From: an uncultured Gemmatimonadales bacterium
Lineage (GTDB): Bacteria; Gemmatimonadota; Gemmatimonadetes; Gemmatimonadales; Gemmatimonadaceae
NCBI GenBank assembly: GCA_963701965.1
Contig: OY969695.1
Location: forward strand, 3,360,001-3,424,000
Direction of reading: 5' to 3'
DNA: 64,000 nt
Below are positions 38,783-47,628 of this stretch, in pieces; position 1 is the stretch's first letter; every line of letters starts with the position of its first letter. Position numbers and translations under genes: made by a program. The notes beneath the pieces were generated by a model. That model had not been told where the DNA came from, made no database searches, and saw nothing but the letters and a program-made list of their open reading frames with translations.

Positions 38783-41002
38783 ATGCCCATCCGGCCGTCA
38801 TACCGCGCGGCGGGAGCAGCCGCGTGCGCCCTCTTCGCGCTGTACGTGGCGACTTTGCTCCCGTCGACCGCGATGTGGGACACGAGCGAGTACCTGACGG
38901 CGGCCCACGTGCTCGGGATCCCGCACCCGCCGGGGAACCCGTTCTTCGTCCTCATCGGCCACGTCTTCTCCCTGCTGCCCGTCGCGCCCACCATCGCGCA
39001 ACGCGTCAACCTGATGGCCGCGCTCACCAGCGCACTCTCGGCCGGCGCCTGGTTTCTGGTCACCGAACGCGTCCTCGCGCACTGGCTGCCGAAACCGTGG
39101 CAACGGCTGGCCGGCGCCACCGTGGCGGTCCTTGTCGGCGGCACGGCTTTCACGGTCTGGAGCCAATCCGTCGTCAACGAAAAGGTCTACACGGTCTCAC
39201 TCCTGTTCTTCGCGATCGTCGCCTGGCTCGTCATCCTGTGGTCGGACGACCCGGATGCCCCAGGCGCCGAGCGACTCCTCGTCCTCAGCGTTTTCCTGAT
39301 CGCCCTCGGCTACACCAACCACCCCGCGGGCTTCCTCGTCGCTCCTGCCGTCGCGGTCGCGATCCTCGCCCGCCGCGCGCGCCTGCTCGTCGATCCCCGC
39401 TTCCTCGGCAAATGCGCCGCCGTGTTCGCGCTCGGCCTCACGCCTTTTCTGTTCGAGCCCATCCGCGCCGGCAACCTCCCGGCGCTCAACGAAGGCGAAA
39501 CGACGGCCTGCACGACCCACTTCGCGTGGAACTGCACGCTGACGCCTGAGACCTGGGACCGGTTCCGCGACCAAGTCACGCGCAAACAATACGGCGGCCA
39601 TGAGCTCGTGGAGCGGCAAGCGCCGTTCACCGGCCAGATCGCGATGTACTGGATGTACTTCAAGTGGCAGTGGATGCGCGACGTCACTGGCGCGCACCCC
39701 GGACTCCAGAGCGGCCTCGCCGCGCTCTTCCTGATGCTCGCGCTTCTCGGCGGCTACGCGCACTGGCGACACGACCGGGCCAGCTTCTGGTTTTTCGGGT
39801 CACTCGTGTTCACCGTGACGCTGGCGCTCGTCTACTATCTCAACTTCAAGTACGGCTACTCCCAGGACCCGTCGCTCGGCGAACGCGAAGTCCGCGACCG
39901 CGACTATTTCTACCTGTGGAGCTTCAGCGCGATGAGCGTCTGGATCGCGCTCGGCCTCGTCACACTATGGGAAACCTGTGCAACGCTCCGCGTTGCCAGG
40001 TCCCCAGTCGGTTGGACAGATCTCGGCTCCGCCCAGATCCTGGGCGCCGGTCGCCGTTGGCTCGCGGCTTCGCCGGTGCTGCTCCTCGCCGGCGTGCCGT
40101 TCGTCGCCAACTTCCACGCTGCCCCGCGCGCCGAGCAGGTCGTCACCCGCGATGTCGCCATCGACCTCCTGAACTCGGTGGAACCCTACGGCATTCTGGT
40201 CACCGGCGGCGACAATGATCTCTTCCCGCTCTGGTACGCCCAGGAGGTAGAAGGCGTCCGGCGCGACGTGCTGTGCGTCACCACGTCGCTGCTCGGCACC
40301 GAGTGGTACGCCGGGCAGCTGCTCCGGCGTCCGGTGTACCCGTACGACGCGGCGCACGGACCCGCGGCCTATCGCGGCCGCCTGTGGCCCAAGCCCACCC
40401 GGCCGCTGTTCACGATGTCGCTTGCCGACACCCGACACGTGCCGGACTTCGTGCCGCTGGCCCAGGCGGTGACGTTCCACAAGCCCGGCACCGCCCTCGT
40501 CGCCACGGTGGATCCGAAACGATTGCCATTCGGCGGCCTGACCCGCGCCAATGTGTTCGTGCTGCACATGATCGCCGACGGCAGCGAACGGCCCGTCTAC
40601 ATCAGCACGACCTATGGGAACTACGGATCGACGCTGGGCTTGGACTCGCATCTCCTCACGCAGGGGTTCGCTCGCAAGGTCGTCGACGACACGCCCGTCG
40701 CCACGCGCGACACGGTCATGGTGCCCAGCGACGGATGGATGGACACCAGCCGCTCCAACGCGCTGTGGCGCGAGGCGCGCGGACCGGCGACGATCGTCCG
40801 GCATACCGGCTGGAGCGATCCCGCGTCGGTGGGCATGCCGTTGCTCTACGTGTTCCGTGGCTACGCGCTGGCCGAGGCCCTGTCAGTCCGGCACGAGCCT
40901 GGCGACGACCAGCAGGTCAACGCCGTCATGCAACAGCTTCATGGTATGGCCAACGCCCTGGGCGCGAACGATCTGTTTTCTCCACGGGCCAGCAGTCGCT
41001 GA
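38783..41002 (+). CDS. DUF2723 / TMEM260-like GT-C membrane glycosyltransferase
   Basis: WD.SEY...A..LGIPHPPG.P.F, VNEKVY, REVRDRDYFY, GDNDLFPLWY.QEVEG.R.DV. Confidence 0.9.
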   Translation: MPIRPSYRAAGAAACALFALYVATLLPSTAMWDTSEYLTAAHVLGIPHPPGNPFFVLIGHVFSLLPVAPTIAQRVNLMAALTSALSAGAWFLVTERVLAHWLPKPWQRLAGATVAVLVGGTAFTVWSQSVVNEKVYTVSLLFFAIVAWLVILWSDDPDAPGAERLLVLSVFLIALGYTNHPAGFLVAPAVAVAILARRARLLVDPRFLGKCAAVFALGLTPFLFEPIRAGNLPALNEGETTACTTHFAWNCTLTPETWDRFRDQVTRKQYGGHELVERQAPFTGQIAMYWMYFKWQWMRDVTGAHPGLQSGLAALFLMLALLGGYAHWRHDRASFWFFGSLVFTVTLALVYYLNFKYGYSQDPSLGEREVRDRDYFYLWSFSAMSVWIALGLVTLWETCATLRVARSPVGWTDLGSAQILGAGRRWLAASPVLLLAGVPFVANFHAAPRAEQVVTRDVAIDLLNSVEPYGILVTGGDNDLFPLWYAQEVEGVRRDVLCVTTSLLGTEWYAGQLLRRPVYPYDAAHGPAAYRGRLWPKPTRPLFTMSLADTRHVPDFVPLAQAVTFHKPGTALVATVDPKRLPFGGLTRANVFVLHMIADGSERPVYISTTYGNYGSTLGLDSHLLTQGFARKVVDDTPVATRDTVMVPSDGWMDTSRSNALWREARGPATIVRHTGWSDPASVGMPLLYVFRGYALAEALSVRHEPGDDQQVNAVMQQLHGMANALGANDLFSPRASSR
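39969..40044 (+). repeat. Single in-frame copy of the 62-bp array element inside the DUF2723 gene
   Basis: 22-nt exact match GTCGGTTGGACAGATCTCGGCT (40007-40028) plus homologous flanking hairpins. Confidence 0.85.
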
Positions 41003-41049
41003 CAGTCGAGCTTGCTCCGACGGGCCCCGGCGTGTTAACAAGCACGCCC

Positions 41050-41844
41050 ATGAAAACATCTCTTCGAGCCATCGCGCTACTCCTGATCGCGAGCGCCCCG
41101 GTGCGCGCGCAATCCGATCTCGCCAAAGAGGGCGTCGTCCTCGACTTGCACGGCCATTACGCCGAGGCACGCGCCGATTTCCAGAAGGTGCTCGACGCGG
41201 CGCCAGATTCGACCAAGTCCCGGGCGCGACGGACGCTGGCGGTCTCGTACGCGTTCACCTGCGACATCCCGCACGTCAAACAGTACGAGCACCAGGTGAT
41301 TGACCCGCAGATGACCGCGGGGAACTACCTCGCGGCGGCCGACGTCGACAACGAGTTGGCGCGCATCCTCCTCGAGTGCGGCGACCTGAATGGCGCCTTG
41401 GAGACGTACCGGGCGGGTCACGACGCCGCCCTCCGCGCGCCGGCGCTGTCCGACACCGCCCGCGATCTGTGGAACTTCCGGTGGGAGCACGCCCAAGCGC
41501 GCATCGCCGCGCGCCGCGGGAACAAGGCGGACGCCGCCCAGCACGTCGCGCAGGCCAAGGCCATTCTCGACAAGGGCACGAACCCGGACCAGAAGCGCTT
41601 CTATCCCTATCTCACGGGCTACGTCGCCCTTTATACCGGCGACTATCCCACGGCGATCGCCGATCTCCAGCAGGCGGATCAACACGATCCCTTTATTCTC
41701 GTCTTGCTCGCCCAGGCCTACGAGAAATCGGGCGACAAAGCCCAGGCCATCACGTACTATCGCAAAGCGCTGGAAAGCGATGCGCACAACCCACCGAACG
41801 CGTTCGCCCGCCCGCTGGCCAAGCGCAAGGTGGCCGCGACCTAA
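41050..41844 (+). CDS. Secreted tetratricopeptide repeat protein
   Basis: Signal peptide ending VRA-Q; helical TPR patterns (GDY..AI..L, LAQAYEKSGD...A...Y.KAL). Confidence 0.8.
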   Translation: MKTSLRAIALLLIASAPVRAQSDLAKEGVVLDLHGHYAEARADFQKVLDAAPDSTKSRARRTLAVSYAFTCDIPHVKQYEHQVIDPQMTAGNYLAAADVDNELARILLECGDLNGALETYRAGHDAALRAPALSDTARDLWNFRWEHAQARIAARRGNKADAAQHVAQAKAILDKGTNPDQKRFYPYLTGYVALYTGDYPTAIADLQQADQHDPFILVLLAQAYEKSGDKAQAITYYRKALESDAHNPPNAFARPLAKRKVAAT

Positions 41845-41884
41845 CGGTCTTGCGTTGGGGCGTGACGCGCGATAAAACATCAGT

Positions 41885-42415
41885 ATGATCAAAATCATAT
41901 CGAATCTCGCGCTGCTGCTCGCGACCGCCGTAGCCGGTATCGCCCCGGCATCGGCGCTGGCGCAACCGTCGGACTTCAAGAAGCCGAGCGATGCGGAGCT
42001 CAAGAAAAAACTCACGCCCGTCCAGTATCAGGTGACGCAGAAGGCCGCGACGGAGTTCGCGTTCCGGAATGAGTACTGGGACAACCACGAGCCCGGCATC
42101 TACGTCGACATCGTGTCGGGCGAGCCGTTGTTCAGCTCCACCGACAAGTTCGACTCCGGCACCGGTTGGCCGAGCTTCACCAAGCCGTTGGAGCCGGCCG
42201 ATATCAAGACCAAGACGGACCGGTCTGTGATGGAGGTCCGGACCGAGGTGATCTCGGTACACGCCGGTTCGCACCTGGGTCACGTGTTCGACGATGGGCC
42301 CGCGCCCACGGGACTCCGATACTGCATGAACTCGGCGGCGATGCGCTTCATCCCCGCCGACAGCCTGGAAGCCGAGGGCTACGGCAAGTACGCGAGCTTG
42401 TTCAAGACCAAATAG
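41885..42415 (+). CDS. msrB: Peptide methionine-(R)-sulfoxide reductase with signal peptide
   Basis: [43 protein letters not shown]. Confidence 0.96.
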   Translation: MIKIISNLALLLATAVAGIAPASALAQPSDFKKPSDAELKKKLTPVQYQVTQKAATEFAFRNEYWDNHEPGIYVDIVSGEPLFSSTDKFDSGTGWPSFTKPLEPADIKTKTDRSVMEVRTEVISVHAGSHLGHVFDDGPAPTGLRYCMNSAAMRFIPADSLEAEGYGKYASLFKTK

Positions 42416-42436
42416 AGGCTGCCAGAGACGGCAGCA

Positions 42437-42844
42437 TCAACGGCGCTTCTTTCCCTTGTTCGGGCGCCGAGAGGGCGGGAGCGCTGACAACTGCACCCGG
42501 TCGTACGCGCCTCGTTTCGCGTCTTCTGGATGCGGCTCCAATCCGATAACGGTGACTTGGCCACGGTCGGGACCGTAGACCCAGAACAGGCGTCCGGCAC
42601 CAGGCGTGTTGTTCTCAATGTATGACTCGAAGACCTTCTGGCCAAAGCGTTTGGTCAGCTCGGCAATCTCGTGGCTCTGAAGGCCCGGGTGATAGGGGTT
42701 CTCCGCCAAATGTCCGAGCGCCCTGGCGAATCGCTTCGCAAAGGCGCGTTCGGGCTTCGTAAGGGAATCATCCCTCAATCCGTCCATGAGATAGCGCCAG
42801 ATCTTCTCGAGTCCTGGCACACCCGGCATTACCTCGAACCTCAT
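42437..42844 (-). CDS. Putative RelE/ParE-superfamily type II toxin
   Basis: A...L..NP.HPGL.SHEI, FESY.ENNTPGAGRLFW.YGP...T...LEPHP; basic protein lying downstream of a small gene. Confidence 0.6.
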   Translation of the reverse strand: MRFEVMPGVPGLEKIWRYLMDGLRDDSLTKPERAFAKRFARALGHLAENPYHPGLQSHEIAELTKRFGQKVFESYIENNTPGAGRLFWVYGPDRGQVTVIGLEPHPEDAKRGAYDRVQLSALPPSRRPNKGKKRR

Positions 42845-42930
42845 AGCGGCGTAGCAGGCCTCCCCCCGGGGAAACGAAAAAAGCGACGCTGATCGGCGCC
42901 GCCCCAACCCTCGCGGACTTTCGAAGTCCG

Positions 42931-43194
42931 CTACTCGTCTTGTTCGACGAGCTTGAGCATGGCGGCCCAATCCAATGACTTGCCGACGCGGCCTTTCGCG
43001 AAGTTCTCCATCGCCTCGTCCATCTGATCGAGCGTGGCCAGCGAGACTGTGGGATCCGCTAGCACACGCGGATACAGCTCGATATGACCATCGCTGAACA
43101 GTTTGGCGTGGTAGTGCTCGAACGCCGCGGGCTGAATCGTGAAGCGCTTTCGTGGATCGCGCCTCACGTCAAATTCTTTGATGACAGTGCTCAT
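42931..43194 (-). CDS. Putative AbrB-like antitoxin
   Basis: 87 aa; D.RKRFTI...Y.....DGHIEL.P beta-hairpin-like N-terminus and acidic helical C-terminus. Confidence 0.6.
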   Translation of the reverse strand: MSTVIKEFDVRRDPRKRFTIQPAAFEHYHAKLFSDGHIELYPRVLADPTVSLATLDQMDEAMENFAKGRVGKSLDWAAMLKLVEQDE

Positions 43195-43281
43195 GCGCCT
43201 ACCCGGTGCGCGTACCCAGTCCCCGAATCCCCAATCCCCACCTGCCCAATATTACCGCTGGGGCCCAACTGAGGCAATACC

Positions 43282-43392
43282 CTATTTGGGCTTTCGGGCA
43301 AAACCCACGATCAGCTCGTCGTGCAAGCCGTGATGTCGGGCGAGCCAGGCGCCGAAATCAGCCGGGGTCGGGAAGAACGTCGCCTTCTTTAT
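43282..43392 (-). pseudogene. N-terminal remnant of a YdeI/OmpD-associated family gene
   Basis: Translates as (I)KKATFFPTPADFGAWLARHHGLHDELIVGFARKPK*; begins at ATA overlapping the upstream stop. Confidence 0.65.
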
Positions 43393-43814
43393 GGAAGCCG
43401 GCGTGGCGGATCTCCCTTCGTGAACAGCAGACTAGCGCGCCGACCGTCATACTCGGCCATCACGATGTTGACCTGATCGTCGAACACATCGAACAACGCG
43501 CGCGCCGCGATCGTCATGCCGCTCGGTCCGCGTGGCGCCGCGGTCCGAACACAAAGCCAAAGGACATCGCCCTCCCGCCGCGAGCCACACCAGGTCGTCG
43601 GCAGCGGGCGTCCAGTTTGGTCCGCGAGCGCGATGGTCGCCCGCGCGTACGTCGAGTCGGCCTGATGCGCGCGCGCCAGCGCGCGGCCCAAGTCATCGGC
43701 GAACGCGCGGGTCGTCGCCGTGAGAGATGCTGTGCGGGGATCGTAGCTCAACGTCGTGAGCGTCGTGTGCATCGGATGGAACAGACACGCCAGCACGAGA
43801 CAGGCCACTACCAC
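43389..43814 (-). CDS. DUF6702 family protein
   Basis: HPMHTTLT...F.DD...LFD.FDDQVNIV pattern; coupled to the HupE/UreJ stop. Confidence 0.7.
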   Translation of the reverse strand: MVVACLVLACLFHPMHTTLTTLSYDPRTASLTATTRAFADDLGRALARAHQADSTYARATIALADQTGRPLPTTWCGSRREGDVLWLCVRTAAPRGPSGMTIAARALFDVFDDQVNIVMAEYDGRRASLLFTKGDPPRRLP

Positions 43815-44395
43815 GGCCTGCGCTCCACGGCCCAGCCCGCGGCAACCACGGCCACCACCGTCGACACGGCAATCACCCGCAAGCGGAGTGGAGACGGCGC
43901 GCGGCTGGGGAGGCGGAACGCACCGATGGCCCGGTCGACGGCGGCCAGCGCGACGGCGGCGCTCGCGAGCGCGAGAATCTGACCCAACTCGATCCCGACG
44001 TTGAAGCCAAACAACGGAAGCGCAATGTGATCCACGAACAAGCTGCGCAGATAGTTCGCGAAACCCGCGCCGTGCACGAGACCAAACACGCCCGCGAAGA
44101 CCGCGCGATATCGGCCGCCGTCTTTGGCGAACAGATTCTCGATGCCGGTCAACATGATCGTCACCGGGATCAGGAACTCGATCACCGGCGATGGCAGCGT
44201 GAGCGTGCCCGTCACGGCCAAGGCGAGCGTGATCGAATGTCCTACCGTGAAGGCCGAGACGACCCACAGCGCGCGACGCCAATCGGCCGGACGATAGATC
44301 GCGGCCAGGGCCAGCAGGAACAGGATGTGATCCATCGCGCCAGGATCGACGATATGGCGAAATCCCAGGTGGACGAACGTCAGCCACTCACTCAT
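43808..44395 (-). CDS. HupE/UreJ family membrane protein
   Basis: LGF.HI...DHILFL, AFTVGHSITL, FGLVHG.GFA, FNVGIELGQ. Confidence 0.92.
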   Translation of the reverse strand: MSEWLTFVHLGFRHIVDPGAMDHILFLLALAAIYRPADWRRALWVVSAFTVGHSITLALAVTGTLTLPSPVIEFLIPVTIMLTGIENLFAKDGGRYRAVFAGVFGLVHGAGFANYLRSLFVDHIALPLFGFNVGIELGQILALASAAVALAAVDRAIGAFRLPSRAPSPLRLRVIAVSTVVAVVAAGWAVERRPW

Positions 44396-45692
44396 GAGTC
44401 AGTACGGCCCGCGCACTGTCCGGCTGCGTCGGGTGAAAGTAGGGATTCGTGTCGAGCGCCCGCCGGAGGTAGACCCGCGCCGAGTCGGACCGGCCTTGGG
44501 CGCGCGCGATCATGCCGGCGTGGTAAAAGAGCAGCGCATCCTGGGTACCCTGGCTGAGCGCACGCGTCATGGCGCGCGCGGCTTCGGGATAGCGGCCGTT
44601 CCGGTAGAGCGCCCACGCCAGCACATCGTAGCCGTAGATGTCGCGGCGGGTGCGAAGCTCTTGGCGGGCCTTCCCCAGCACTTCCGGCACACGGCGCGCG
44701 TGGTCCAGCAGAAACAGGCTCCAGGCCCGATGATAGGCGCCCGGTTGCTGGGAGACGGCCACCTCCATCGCATGCGCATAGGCGTTGGCCTGCACCGTGT
44801 CGCCGAGCGCCAGGTAACAGTCGCTCACGGTGCCGAGCGTGGCGGGATCGAGGACCGCGGCGATCGCGCGATCGCCATCAGCGATCGCGGCGCGCCATTC
44901 GTGGCGCACCGCGTGCAGATGCGACAAGGCGGCGGCGATCCGATAGTCGTCCGGGTGGGCCGCGAGACCCAAGCGATACTCGCGTTCGGCCGTGTCGGGT
45001 TGCCCCATGCGCAGCGCCAGGTCGCCGAGTCGGAGCCGGAACCAGGCGCGTTGCTCGCTCGGCAGATCCGTGCGGGCTTGGGCGGCGGCGATCGCGTGTT
45101 GGAGTAGCGAGCGCGCTGTGGCCGGATGCCCCTCGATCTCCTCCCATCGCGCCAGCCGCGGCGCCACGGAGAGACTCCGCGCCTGCGTGCGGAGCGAGTC
45201 GAACGTGCGGCGCGCTTCGTCGTATCGTCCCAACTCGACCGCGATCTCGCCCGCCATCGCCCGGTACGACACGCGCTCCGGGTCCAGCGCGGTCAGTCCC
45301 CGAGTGACGTCGAGGGCTTCGGCGAACCGGTGCTCCGACAGCAGCGCCGAGGCCAGCACTTGCGCGGCCAGCGCATTGCGGGACAGCCGGTTGTGGAGCG
45401 ACCGGCGCGCCGCGCTATCGGCGCGGAGCACGTCCTCGTAGTGGCCCGTCTCCCGGCTCCGCGCCAAATACAGTTGTGCCGCGCGGGCCAGGTCCATGGC
45501 CCCGGTCGGATCGCGCCGGGCGCGCGCCTCGTAGAAGGCGATGTCGAGATCGCGCGTTTCGGCCTCGCTGTGGACGGGCCCCAGCGCGTACAGCGGTGGT
45601 GATGGCGGCGGAGAGCGCCGGGCCGCGTAGGCGTACGTGCTGCCCGCCAACGCCGCCACGGCGACGGCGGGCAGCACGAGACGGGGGCGCAT
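44388..45692 (-). CDS. Tetratricopeptide repeat protein
   Basis: TGATG coupling to the upstream gene; RETG, H.F..A, ELGRYDEA, D.LAWALY..G, YHAGMI. Confidence 0.88.
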   Translation of the reverse strand: MRPRLVLPAVAVAALAGSTYAYAARRSPPPSPPLYALGPVHSEAETRDLDIAFYEARARRDPTGAMDLARAAQLYLARSRETGHYEDVLRADSAARRSLHNRLSRNALAAQVLASALLSEHRFAEALDVTRGLTALDPERVSYRAMAGEIAVELGRYDEARRTFDSLRTQARSLSVAPRLARWEEIEGHPATARSLLQHAIAAAQARTDLPSEQRAWFRLRLGDLALRMGQPDTAEREYRLGLAAHPDDYRIAAALSHLHAVRHEWRAAIADGDRAIAAVLDPATLGTVSDCYLALGDTVQANAYAHAMEVAVSQQPGAYHRAWSLFLLDHARRVPEVLGKARQELRTRRDIYGYDVLAWALYRNGRYPEAARAMTRALSQGTQDALLFYHAGMIARAQGRSDSARVYLRRALDTNPYFHPTQPDSARAVLTHE

Positions 45693-46243
45693 CAGTGCGG
45701 GTTCCCCACATACGGGAACGTTGTCTGGTAGTCCGTGTGCGGCGGGACGTTGTCGTTGCACAGCGCCGGGCAGCTGTTGCCCGCGGTCTCGATCAGCGTG
45801 CCGAAGATCGCGTCGAGACCCGCGGCCACGACGTCGTCATTGAGCTTCCGGCCGCCGTAGCCGTTGGCCAGCGCCCACGTGAGCCAACCGGCACCGGCCG
45901 GGTCCTTGTCGGTCTGGACGATGAGCATGTCGGGCAGGAGCACCGCGGCGAGGGTGTTCTGCACCGTCGTGTCGCGGCCCGCGACCGTGGCGACGAAGTT
46001 CTTGAACTCCGCCTCGATGATGGTGTCTTGGGCCGGCCCGAGGGAGCCGTGGGTGGGGTGACTGCGTTTGGCAAGGAACACTTCGCTGACCAACGGATTG
46101 CCCAGGCGTTGCACTTGGTCGAACATGCGGGTCGAGGTCGACGGGCCGGTCGTTGAATTGGACCCGTTGTTGTCGTCGCTGCACGCGGCGACGGTCATGA
46201 TCGTGGCGACCGCGGCCACGAGACACAGAGCTCGGCGAGACAT
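45692..46243 (-). CDS. DUF4331 family lipoprotein (resembles the C-terminal half)
   Basis: Lipobox VAAC; QV.RLGNPLVSE, LLPDML, GGRKL.DDV, FPY...H. Confidence 0.8.
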   Translation of the reverse strand: MSRRALCLVAAVATIMTVAACSDDNNGSNSTTGPSTSTRMFDQVQRLGNPLVSEVFLAKRSHPTHGSLGPAQDTIIEAEFKNFVATVAGRDTTVQNTLAAVLLPDMLIVQTDKDPAGAGWLTWALANGYGGRKLNDDVVAAGLDAIFGTLIETAGNSCPALCNDNVPPHTDYQTTFPYVGNPH

Positions 46244-46269
46244 TGCTATAGTCCTCTCGTGGTGTAAGG

Positions 46270-47004
46270 TCAGCGGCTGATCGTGCCCCAGAGGCCGATC
46301 TTGGCGTTGCCGCCGGCGGTCAACATCGATGTCGGCAGCTCGACGACGATCGACAGCACGTTGTGGCCGGCGACGAAATCGACGCCCGGGTTGCGGAAGC
46401 TCGTCGCTGACGGCGTGTTCGGGAGTTGCGACAACGTGCCGGTGACGGGTTTCCGGTCGGGCAGAATGCGGAAGAATTGCTCGAGGTCGATGAAGAACGG
46501 GTCGCTGCGCGGGCCGGCAAAGAGTTGGATGCCGGACGCGGTGCCCAAGACCGTGTTGACCTTGCCGGTCAGGACGGGCGTGCCGGTCGAGATCGTGTTC
46601 TGCATCGCGCCGACGACCGGCGGTTTGATCGGGCCCCACAGTGAGACCGTCTGGTTGGCGCCGGTGCCGCTGAACGTCACCTGCATCACCAGGTCTTCCT
46701 TGGCGTCGCCGGTGTTGTCGATCTTGAACTGGTACAGGAGGTTGGGATCGAACGATGTGCTCGCCGTCGAAGCCGGCGTCAGGAACGCCCAGCTGTCGAG
46801 GACGAGCGCGATCCGTCCGGCGGCCGAGCCGGGGAACGCGTAGAAGTCGGTCATGTCTGTCGCCGGGTTGAGCTCGACGTCAGGGCTGTCCTGATGGTCG
46901 GAGCCAAGCGCGTGGCGTGTGGCGAGCCCGCCGGCGACGAGGGCGACGAGCAGGCCAGCCGTGAGCAGGCGTGGCCGGGAAAGCAACGTACGGGCGTAGC
47001 GCAT
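46270..47004 (-). CDS. DUF4331 family secreted protein (resembles the N-terminal half)
   Basis: GGAGG RBS; SDH.D.P, D.TDFYAF, Y.FKIDN.GD, FAGPR.DPFF.DL, NVLSIVVELP, W.TISR. Confidence 0.85.
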   Translation of the reverse strand: MRYARTLLSRPRLLTAGLLVALVAGGLATRHALGSDHQDSPDVELNPATDMTDFYAFPGSAAGRIALVLDSWAFLTPASTASTSFDPNLLYQFKIDNTGDAKEDLVMQVTFSGTGANQTVSLWGPIKPPVVGAMQNTISTGTPVLTGKVNTVLGTASGIQLFAGPRSDPFFIDLEQFFRILPDRKPVTGTLSQLPNTPSATSFRNPGVDFVAGHNVLSIVVELPTSMLTAGGNAKIGLWGTISR

Positions 47005-47049
47005 TGCCGCCTCCGTGGAAGAGCGCTGTGGTCTGGTATGCGCCCTACC

Positions 47050-47076
47050 TACGCCGCTCATCGCACCGCGGATCTG
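47050..47076 (-). promoter_or_regulatory. Putative ECF (SigK-like) promoter CAGATCC-N16-CGTA
   Basis: -35 at 47076-47070 and -10 CGTA at 47053-47050, about 45 nt upstream of the DUF4331 start. Confidence 0.55.
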
Positions 47077-47600
47077 TGCGATGCTTCGCATTGCCAGATC
47101 CGTCGTCGGTTGGACAGATCTCGGCTGCGCCGAGATCCCGCGATGCTTCACGTCGCCAGATCCGTCGTCGGTTGGACAGATCTCGGCTGCGCCGAGATCC
47201 CGCGATGCTTCACGTCGCCAGATCCGTCGTCGGTTGGACAGATCTGGGCTGCGCCGAGATCCCGCGATGCTTCACGTCGCCAGATCCGTCGTCGGTTGGA
47301 CAGATCTCGGCTGCGCCGAGATCCCGCGATGCTTCACGTCGCCAGATCCGTCGTCGGTTGGACAGATCTGGGCTGCGCCGAGATCCCGCGATGCTTCACG
47401 TCGCCAGATCCGTCGTCGGTTGGACAGATCTGGGCTGCGCCGAGATCCCGCGCCGCTTCACGTCGCCAGGATCCGTCGTCGGGTTGGACAGATCTCGGCT
47501 GCGCCGAGATCCCGCGATGCTTCACGTCGCCAGATCACGCGTCCGTTGGACCTATCCCAACTCCGCCGAGATCTCGCAATGCGAAGCGTTGCTGAGATCC
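47070..47600. repeat. 62-bp structured tandem repeat array (7 near-identical units + 1 degenerate) with ~32-bp terminal inverted repeats
   Basis: Unit GCCAGATCCGTCGTCGGTTGGACAGATCT(C/G)GGCTGCGCCGAGATCCCGCGATGCTTCACGTC starts at 47093, 47155, 47217, 47279, 47341, 47403, 47465 and 47529; no spacers. Confidence 0.95.
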
Positions 47601-47628
47601 GTTGGCGCGCGACCATTGTATCGAGACG

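Noticed and set aside
47070..47600. CRISPR array
   Set aside because: Units are contiguous and near-identical over all 62 bp, with no unique spacers and no cas genes in the window.
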